This document shows positions 54,762-64,000 of a stretch of DNA of 64,000 bases, piece by piece. Source of the DNA: Vulcanimicrobiales bacterium (lineage in GTDB: Bacteria; Vulcanimicrobiota; Vulcanimicrobiia; Vulcanimicrobiales; Vulcanimicrobiaceae). Location: positions 1 to 64,000 of the forward strand of contig JBBQQR010000005.1 of the NCBI GenBank assembly GCA_038215615.1. The letters are read 5' to 3'. The translations under genes and the position numbers were made by a program. The notes below the pieces were generated by a model. It was not told where the DNA came from, made no database searches, and worked only from the letters and a program-made list of their open reading frames with translations. Every line of letters starts with the position of its first letter. The first letter of the stretch is position 1.

Positions 54762-55408
54762 GTCGCGACCCGATAACGTACCAGAGGTCCTACCAGCTCG
54801 CTTAGCCGCTCGTACGGAACAACCCCCTCGCGCAGCAGCACCGGCTGGGGCGTCGTGAAATCGATGACGCTCGACTCGCGTCCGTACCTGGTCGGACCAT
54901 TTTCGACGATAAGATCTGCCGCCGGCAGCGCGGCGGAGTCTCCGCCTCCAAAGTAGGGCTGCTCGCCGCTGACGTTGGCGCTGGTCGCCGCCAGCGGACC
55001 GCACCGGTCGAGGATGGCGCCGCACACGGCGTCGTCGGGAACTCTGAATCCCAAGGTCGGCAAACCCGCGCTCATCTCCCGGTCGATGAATCCCGGGCGG
55101 CGCATGATAATCGTCACCGGTCCGGGCAGCAGTTTCCGTACCGCGGAAGCGACCTCGCGCTGATCGCGCACGTATTCCAGAAACTCGCCGACGGTGGCCA
55201 GATGCAGTGAGAGCGGTTTGTGTGCCGGGCGGCTCTTCGCGCCGTAGATGCGAGCGATCGCGTCGAGATCGAACGGATCGCAGCCGATGCCGTAAACGGT
55301 GTCGGTCGGAAAGATGACGATGCCTCCGCGCAAAACGACGCGGGCAACTTCCTCGGCGACGAGCTCGAGCGGCTCCGTTCGCGCATCGATCCTCTCCGGC
55401 GTGTGAAT
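54758..55408 (-). CDS. tsaC: L-threonylcarbamoyladenylate synthase (TsaC/YrdC); start uncertain (ATT 55408 proposed, first canonical TTG 55333)
   Basis: IFPTDTVYGIGC, KSRP.HKPL, LLPGPVT, LAATSANVSG. Confidence 0.92.
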   Translation of the reverse strand: MHTPERIDARTEPLELVAEEVARVVLRGGIVIFPTDTVYGIGCDPFDLDAIARIYGAKSRPAHKPLSLHLATVGEFLEYVRDQREVASAVRKLLPGPVTIIMRRPGFIDREMSAGLPTLGFRVPDDAVCGAILDRCGPLAATSANVSGEQPYFGGGDSAALPAADLIVENGPTRYGRESSVIDFTTPQPVLLREGVVPYERLSELVGPLVRYRVAT

Positions 55409-55417
55409 CTCCGAGGC

Positions 55418-56422
<1,005 letters not shown>

Positions 56423-57784
56423 TTATTGCGCTCTGGCTCGTGTCTTAGGATACGCGCTCGTTTCGAAAAGTCCGGTCGGTTCGACGAGAGGCGTGATACC
56501 GCTCGATCGCTGAACTTGCCCGCCTAAGCCGGAGAGCATCTCTTCGAGGCGTTCGTAACCCCGGTCGATGTATTCCAATCCGATGATCTCCGTTTCGCCC
56601 TGCGCGGCCAGCCCGGCCACGACGAGCGCGGCGCCGGCCCGGATATCCGGAGCTTCTACGGGCGCGCCCGAGAGTGGCGCACCGCCTTTGACGACAGCCG
56701 TGTTGCTTTCCATCGAAACGCGCACTTCCGCGCCCATGCGCGCGAGCTCGTTGACGTAAGAAAAGCGTGCGTTGAAGATCGATTCTTCCACGATGCTATT
56801 TCCCGGCGCCGTGCAGAGAAACGAGACCATTTGCGGCTGCAAATCCGTCGGAAATCCGGGGAACGGCGCCGTCAGGATATCCGTCCCACCGGTAATGCGC
56901 GTCGCATTGACGCGCAGCCAGTCATCACCGCTGGTCACGTCCGCTCCGCACTCTTGCAGTTTCAAGCTGAGGGCGTGCAGATGATCGGGCTGACAGCGCT
57001 TCACCGTTACGTCGCCGCGCGTGCTGGCACCGCACAGCAGCAGCGTGCCCGTCACGATGCGATCCGGAATGATTTCGTACTCCACGCCGTGCAGCTCGTT
57101 TACACCGTCGATAACGATCGTATCGGAAGCGGCGCCGCGAATCTTCGCGCCCATGGCGATCAAAAAATTTGCAAGGTCGACGACTTCGGGTTCCATGGCC
57201 GCATTCCGGACGGTCGTCGTGCCTTCGGCAACGACCGCCGCCAGCAGCGCATTTTTCGTCGCCCCGACGCTGGGCGAGCGGAATTCGATGTCCGCGCCCT
57301 GCAAACGGCGCTTCTTGGCTGTGGCGATAAAATAGCCGCCTTTATTTTTGACGTCGCAGCCGAGCGCCAAAAACGCTTGCTCGTGCATGTCGGTCGCGCG
57401 CGTTCCCAACACGCAGCCGCCGGGAAGGGGCACTTCCGCGCGGCCGAACCGGCCGATCAGCGGACCCACGAGATCGAACGACGCGGCAAGTTTGCGCACC
57501 AGCGTATACGGCGCCCGAATGAGCGCAACGTTGGAAGCGTCGATCGTCACGCTGCCTTCGCCTTCGTAGCGCAAGCGTGCGCCGAGTGCTTCGAGCAGCG
57601 ACCACATGACGGAGACGTCGGTGATGCGCGGCACCCGGTGCAGCGTCACCTTGCCCTTGGCCAGCAGCGCGGCGGCCATGATCGGAAGCGCCGCGTTCTT
57701 CGCACCGTGCGTGGCGATCGAACCTTCCAGCTGAGAGCCGCCGCGCACGCGCAGCGTTGTCTCGAGTCTGTCTAAAGTATTCAT
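56423..57784 (-). CDS. murA: UDP-N-acetylglucosamine 1-carboxyvinyltransferase
   Basis: GAKNAALP, LPGGC.LG.R (catalytic Cys), SVGAT, PGFPTDLQ, DRGYE. Confidence 0.96.
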   Translation of the reverse strand: MNTLDRLETTLRVRGGSQLEGSIATHGAKNAALPIMAAALLAKGKVTLHRVPRITDVSVMWSLLEALGARLRYEGEGSVTIDASNVALIRAPYTLVRKLAASFDLVGPLIGRFGRAEVPLPGGCVLGTRATDMHEQAFLALGCDVKNKGGYFIATAKKRRLQGADIEFRSPSVGATKNALLAAVVAEGTTTVRNAAMEPEVVDLANFLIAMGAKIRGAASDTIVIDGVNELHGVEYEIIPDRIVTGTLLLCGASTRGDVTVKRCQPDHLHALSLKLQECGADVTSGDDWLRVNATRITGGTDILTAPFPGFPTDLQPQMVSFLCTAPGNSIVEESIFNARFSYVNELARMGAEVRVSMESNTAVVKGGAPLSGAPVEAPDIRAGAALVVAGLAAQGETEIIGLEYIDRGYERLEEMLSGLGGQVQRSSGITPLVEPTGLFETSAYPKTRARAQ

Positions 57785-58266
57785 TGAACCAGAGGCTCGC
57801 AGGTGAGGACGTGCGCGTCGTAAGGCCCGCCACGCAGCTCGAGTTGCATGCGTCCCGTCGGCGTCACGCGCAAGAAGACTTCGCTCCACTCGTTGCGCTG
57901 CAGTTCCAGCAGATCGGCGTGTCCGCCGATGAGCGCGCCGGCGAAACGGCGGCCGCCCGAGTCCGCGAGCCTGATCCGGCCGTCCGAATACAAACCGGCG
58001 ACGAGTTCCGCGGTCGCGTCGTAAGCGCGGTAGTAGTTCGCGCCGTCGTCGGCGATTTCAAAAAGAAACTCTTGCGGGCCGCCCTCACGCTTAGCTTGCG
58101 GCGGTTTTTCAGCGGACGGCTCAACCGAGGGAGGCGCTGGCTTGGGCTGCGCCTTCGGCTTGGGCTGAGATCCGTTCGCCAATTCCATGGCAAACGAACC
58201 GAAGGCCAGAGCAGCAAGCTCCAGCGCAGGCCCGGCTAACTTCGTCCAGCCCGGAGTATGCGCCAC
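57781..58266 (-). CDS. Hypothetical protein
   Basis: Lies between atpC and murA with an ATGA overlap; hydrophobic N-terminus and Pro/Lys linker. Confidence 0.65.
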   Translation of the reverse strand: MAHTPGWTKLAGPALELAALAFGSFAMELANGSQPKPKAQPKPAPPSVEPSAEKPPQAKREGGPQEFLFEIADDGANYYRAYDATAELVAGLYSDGRIRLADSGGRRFAGALIGGHADLLELQRNEWSEVFLRVTPTGRMQLELRGGPYDAHVLTCEPLVQ

Positions 58267-58288
58267 AAAGGATGATTTCGCCGGGAGG

Positions 58289-58656
58289 CTAGTGGTGTCC
58301 GGTCAGCTGCAGTTTGGCGCATGCGAAGTCCGCAGCCGCCGAATCCGGCGCTGCCGCAAGCTCGGCGCGCGTTTGCGCGACGTCGACTTCATCGAACGTG
58401 ACCGCTCGATCGACCAAAACCGTGACGCGATCCGGCAGCGCTTGCATGAAGCCCTCGCCCGTGGCGAGTTCCAGCCTGCGCGACGCGCCGTTTTCCACGA
58501 TGTTGGCGCGCAGCACCCCCGGCTTGAGCGCCGCCAAAAACGGCGCATGCCGCGGCAAGATGCCCTCTTCGCCTTCGGTCGTTACCGCGATTACGAGCTC
58601 GGCGTCGCCTTCGAAGATCAACTTCGCGGGAGAGACGAGCTTGAACGGAACGGTCA

Positions 58657-58657
<1 letters not shown>
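58289..58657 (-). CDS. atpC: ATP synthase F1 epsilon (short C-terminus)
   Basis: LVSP, EGEEGILPRHAP, GFMQ. Confidence 0.93.
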
Positions 58658-60153
<1,496 letters not shown>

Positions 60154-60186
60154 TTACTTGGCTTTTGTAACGTTCGGTATGAACAA

Positions 60187-61050
60187 TCACGTTCCGGTCA
60201 AAGCCTCAGCGCCGGAGACGATCTCCAAGAGCTCCTTGGTGATCGCCGCCTGGCGTGCGTTGTTCATTGCGATCGTCAGTTCGTCGATCAGTTTGCCGGC
60301 GTTTTCGGTCGCGTTGTTCATAGCCAGCAGCTGAGCGGCGTAAAACGACGCGTCCGTTTCGAGCATCGCCGAAAACAGCGTGAACTCCAGATACTTGGGC
60401 AACAGCTTTGAAAGGACGAACTCAGGTGAAGGCTCGATTTCGACTGCGCCGCGTGGGCCGCCGGCTGCAGGCGCTGCCGTCTCGCGCTCGATAGGCACCA
60501 GCTGCCGCATCTCGGGGCGCTGCACCATCATCGAGACATGTTTGGAAGAAACGAGAGTAATGTCGCCAATCTCGCCGGCTGTAAAATCCGCGGTGACGCT
60601 CTGTGCCAGCTCGTGCGCCGTCTGCAATTTGGATGGCGCGTTCAGCGGCCAACTCGGGCGATCTCCGAGTCCCCAGCGGCGCACCGCGTTCCGGGCTTTT
60701 ATGCCTATAGTGTAAAAACGCGCGTCGCTATGCTGACGCCAATACCGTTCGGCTTCACGAATCACGTTCGAATTGAAGGCGCCCGCCAGTCCCTTGTCCG
60801 CGGTCATCAGGATCACGCCTGAGGGCGCGCCGGCTTTGCCGGCATTCATAAACGGATGATCGATGCCCGAAGAGGTCGCGATCAGGTCTTGCAGCATCTC
60901 GCTGAGCGCCTCGGCGTAGGGACGCGCCTGTTTCTGCGCCATTTCGGCACGGCGGATCTTGGCGGCCGCAACCTGCTTCATCGCCTTGGTGATCTGCTGC
61001 GTGTTCTTCAGAGACCTGATCCGTCCCCGAAGATCTTTTACCGATGCCAT
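60187..61050 (-). CDS. atpG: ATP synthase F1 gamma
   Basis: ITKAMKQVAAAK, DKGLAGAFN, RQAAITKELLEI. Confidence 0.97.
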   Translation of the reverse strand: MASVKDLRGRIRSLKNTQQITKAMKQVAAAKIRRAEMAQKQARPYAEALSEMLQDLIATSSGIDHPFMNAGKAGAPSGVILMTADKGLAGAFNSNVIREAERYWRQHSDARFYTIGIKARNAVRRWGLGDRPSWPLNAPSKLQTAHELAQSVTADFTAGEIGDITLVSSKHVSMMVQRPEMRQLVPIERETAAPAAGGPRGAVEIEPSPEFVLSKLLPKYLEFTLFSAMLETDASFYAAQLLAMNNATENAGKLIDELTIAMNNARQAAITKELLEIVSGAEALTGT

Positions 61051-62549
61051 TAGAAGCTCTTGTTGAACTCCGCCAGCGCCGCATCGAGTTTTTGCTTCGT
61101 TTCGTCGGCGAGCTGTCCGCTCTGCGCGATCGCAGCGGTAATCTCCGGATGCTTGTCGTGCAGAAACGCTACGAAACCGCGCAGCCAATCCTGGAGACGC
61201 GGCGTGGGAATATCGTTGACGAACCCTTTGGTTGCTCCGTAGAGGATCGCGACTTGGTCTTCAACCGCCATCGGCTGATATTGCGGCTGCTTGAGCAGTT
61301 CGGTCAGTTTCTCACCGCGAAGCAGCTGCATCTGCGTCGATTTGTCGAGGTCGCTCGCAAGTTTTGCGAACGCCGCGAGATCGCGGTACTGCGCCAGCTC
61401 CAGCTTTAACTGTCCCGCCACGCTCTTCATCGCTTTGGTCAGCGCGGAGCTGCCGACGCGCGAGACCGAGAGCCCGATGTCGACAGCCGGCCTAATGCCT
61501 TGAAAGAAGAGTTCCGGCGTCAAGTAAATCTGACCGTCGGTAATCGAGATGACGTTGGTCGGAATGTACGCCGAAAAATCTCCGGCTTGCGTTTCGATGA
61601 TCGGAAGCGCAGTCAGCGACCCGCCGCCCATCTCGTCGGAAAGTTTTGCCGCGCGTTCGAGCAGCCGCGAGTGAAGAAAGAAGACGTCGCCCGGATAGGC
61701 TTCGCGGCCCGGCGGACGGCGGAGCAGCAGCGACATTTCGCGATACGACTGCGCGTGCTTCGTCAAATCGTCATAGACGATCAGCACGTCTTTGTTTTGA
61801 TACATTAATTCTTCGCCCATCGCGCAGCCCGCGAAAGGAGCTATCCAGCGCAGCGCGGCCGCGTCGGACGGTCCGACGGTGACGATGGTCGTGTACTCCA
61901 TCGCGCCTTTTTGCTCGAGCAGCTGCGCCAGCGCAGCGACGGTCGACTTTTTCTGGCCGATCGCAACGTAGATGCAGAAGACGCCCTTGCCCTTCTGGTT
62001 GATGATCGTGTCGACGACGATAGCTGTTTTCCCGGTGCTGCGGTCGCCGATGATGAGCTCGCGTTGGCCGCGCCCGATCGGGATCAGCGCATCGATCGCG
62101 CGCACGCCCGTCTGCAGCGGCTGTTTGACCGGCTGGCGCTGCACGACGCTGGGCGCGACGTTTTCGATCGTGCGGAACTTGTTCGTTTCGATCGGCCCCT
62201 TGCCGTCGACCGGCTTGCCGAGCGGATCGACGACTCTTCCCAGCAGCGCTTCGCCGACCGGAACCGACGCGATTCGCCCAGTGCGCCGGACCTTGTCGCC
62301 TTCCTTAATCCCTTGGTCGGAGCCCATGATCACGACGCCGACGTTGTCCTCTTCTAAGTTCAGCGCGACGCCCTGCAGGCCGTTGGCGAATTCCACGAGT
62401 TCGGACGCTCGCACGCTGCGCAGTCCATAGACGCGCGCCAAGTTCGCACCGACCTCGATAACGGTGCCGACCTCGTCTTCTTGCACGCCCGCGGTAAACG
62501 TGGCGATCTGTTGTTTTAGAATACCGGCAATTTCGTCTGCGTTGATCAT
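61050..62549 (-). CDS. atpA: ATP synthase F1 alpha
   Basis: [26 protein letters not shown]. Confidence 0.98.
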   Translation of the reverse strand: MINADEIAGILKQQIATFTAGVQEDEVGTVIEVGANLARVYGLRSVRASELVEFANGLQGVALNLEEDNVGVVIMGSDQGIKEGDKVRRTGRIASVPVGEALLGRVVDPLGKPVDGKGPIETNKFRTIENVAPSVVQRQPVKQPLQTGVRAIDALIPIGRGQRELIIGDRSTGKTAIVVDTIINQKGKGVFCIYVAIGQKKSTVAALAQLLEQKGAMEYTTIVTVGPSDAAALRWIAPFAGCAMGEELMYQNKDVLIVYDDLTKHAQSYREMSLLLRRPPGREAYPGDVFFLHSRLLERAAKLSDEMGGGSLTALPIIETQAGDFSAYIPTNVISITDGQIYLTPELFFQGIRPAVDIGLSVSRVGSSALTKAMKSVAGQLKLELAQYRDLAAFAKLASDLDKSTQMQLLRGEKLTELLKQPQYQPMAVEDQVAILYGATKGFVNDIPTPRLQDWLRGFVAFLHDKHPEITAAIAQSGQLADETKQKLDAALAEFNKSF

Positions 62550-62551
62550 TC

Positions 62552-63094
62552 CTAATTCCTAGCGAAGAGAGTGCGAGCTAATTCTTGAAAGCGGCCTTCG
62601 ACCGAGCCGTCGACGCGCCGGTCGCCCATGAGGATGCGCAGCCCGCCGATGAGGTCGGGCTGAACGATCTGCGTGACTTCGAACTTTTTCCCGTAGATGT
62701 TTTCGAGCTGCGATACGATGTCGCGCAGTTCGCCCGATTCAAGCGGTTTGGCCGACGTTATCGTGAGCGCGTTCACGCCGCGCGCCGCCATCTCCAGCGC
62801 GGCGTATTCGGCGACGATTTCGCGCAGCAAGGCTTCGCGCCGTTTGCGCACGAGCAGCAGCATCGTATGCAGCGCGACCGGGTGCGCCTTACCGTCGAAA
62901 GCGGCGACCAGCGTGCGCTCTTTTTCCTTGCGATCGACGACCGGAGACAAAAAGAAATTTAGCGCGCTCGCGTTATCGTCGATCGCGTCGCTGAGGATGC
63001 GCAGCTCCTTGCCGACCTGTTCGACCGCATTGGCTTCGGAGGCGAGTTGGAAGATCGCCGTCGCGTAGCGCCGCGCGAGCTTTTGATTGGCCAT
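62552..63094 (-). CDS. atpH: ATP synthase F1 delta
   Basis: [22 protein letters not shown]. Confidence 0.95.
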   Translation of the reverse strand: MANQKLARRYATAIFQLASEANAVEQVGKELRILSDAIDDNASALNFFLSPVVDRKEKERTLVAAFDGKAHPVALHTMLLLVRKRREALLREIVAEYAALEMAARGVNALTITSAKPLESGELRDIVSQLENIYGKKFEVTQIVQPDLIGGLRILMGDRRVDGSVEGRFQELARTLFARN

Positions 63095-63579
63095 CAGCTG
63101 CCGCTCTCCAGGGATTGCACGAACGTATGGGCGAGCTTCTTGTCGGCGGCAGCGTCCATGCGGCGGACGGCCGTCTCGCGCGCCAGCCCGAGCGCCTTCT
63201 CGACCAGTTCGTCACGCAGCTGTCCGCGCGCCGCGCCGCGGGCGCGCGCAAGTTCTCCCTCGGCGTCACGCAAAGCGCGTTCGCCCGCTGCGCGAGCTTC
63301 GCGCAAGATCGCCTCGCGTTCCGCCGCTACGAACGCCGCATTGCAGTCCTTGATCGCCAGCGCGTCTTGCTGCGCCAGCCCGATATCGCCCTGCAGTCCT
63401 TCGAGTGCAGCTTTGGCTTCGTCGCGATGCCGTTCGGCTTCGTTAATGCGCGCATTTTGTGCGGCTTGGGCGGCCAGGACGGCCGGCTGAATGAATTTGA
63501 CCCACATCCAGACGAGTACGCCCAAGAAGAGCACGGACGACGCGACTTGGCTCCACTCCGCGATCGCCACGTAGTTCAT
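63094..63579 (-). CDS. atpF: ATP synthase Fo subunit b
   Basis: N-terminal TM helix plus Ala/Glu/Arg coiled coil, upstream of atpH. Confidence 0.85.
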   Translation of the reverse strand: MNYVAIAEWSQVASSVLFLGVLVWMWVKFIQPAVLAAQAAQNARINEAERHRDEAKAALEGLQGDIGLAQQDALAIKDCNAAFVAAEREAILREARAAGERALRDAEGELARARGAARGQLRDELVEKALGLARETAVRRMDAAADKKLAHTFVQSLESGS

Positions 63580-64000
63580 CGCGCGATCTCCGGTACTGCG
63601 CGCGCGAATATTTCGTTGGCCAATTCCTGGACCGTACGCGCCTGGTTCGAACGCGCGGCCTGAACTTCAGAATCGACGGTCTCGTGCGCCACGCGCACTT
63701 TTTCCGACGCTTGCTGCGCGAACTCAGTCGAAAGCCTCGCGCTTTCATTCGAAGCCTCGGCACGCGCCTGCGCTCCCAGCTGTTCGGCTTCGCGCCGCGC
63801 AGCCGCACGGATCGCCTCGGCTTGCGTACGCAGCGCGTTTCCTTCCGCCTGGTAACGCTCATAATCGCCGCTTACACTGTCGATGTACTCGCGGCGTTTG
63901 GCGATTGCGCGCGCGACGGGGCGCATGAAGACCACGTTCAAGATCGCGAAGAAGATCGCGAAGTTGAGCAGTTGGACGAAAATCGTCCCGTCGACCGAAA
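63576..64000 (-). CDS. ATP synthase Fo subunit b-prime, 5'-truncated by the window edge
   Basis: Frame open to the edge: SVDGTIFVQLLNFAIFFAILNVVFMRPV..IAKRRE. Confidence 0.85.
   Translation of the reverse strand, partial: SVDGTIFVQLLNFAIFFAILNVVFMRPVARAIAKRREYIDSVSGDYERYQAEGNALRTQAEAIRAAARREAEQLGAQARAEASNESARLSTEFAQQASEKVRVAHETVDSEVQAARSNQARTVQELANEIFARAVPEIAR

Overview
GC-rich bacterial chromosome segment, about 75 genes. It pairs Firmicutes-like gene order (atp operon-murA-mreB; rarA-iscS-...-alaS; ytxH-rsbV-rsbW-sigB/F) with outer-membrane genes (two LptA/OstA-like proteins, beta-barrels). That mix suggests a diderm Terrabacteria lineage such as Eremiobacterota (inference only). Core content: split transketolase, DEAD-box helicase, pnp, UbiD/UbiA quinone genes, tRNA-Leu(CAG), Ku plus a split LigD, alaS, a SigB/SigF partner-switch operon, iscS, rarA, tsaC, mreB, murA and most of the F1Fo operon. 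Leading findings: (1) two small ORFs (25952-26056 minus, 29960-30109 plus) end in the same F-x-G-W-G-P-K-x-stop motif written with different synonymous codons. One heads a YtrA/ABC-exporter operon, and together they bracket a wHTH-TPR regulator and an outer-membrane protein, giving a candidate new peptide signalling or export system. (2) An operon of SCO, cupredoxin lipoprotein, Cyc2-like cytochrome-porin and a two-component system, with a TTCA-N7-TTCA promoter box shared with the neighbouring operon. (3) Several conserved genes lack a canonical start codon, and a recurring promoter-like motif suggests leaderless genes. (4) An antisense-oriented structured RNA candidate lies between rarA and iscS. 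No CRISPR array, rRNA, integrase or transposase was seen. All family calls come from motif recognition, not database searches.
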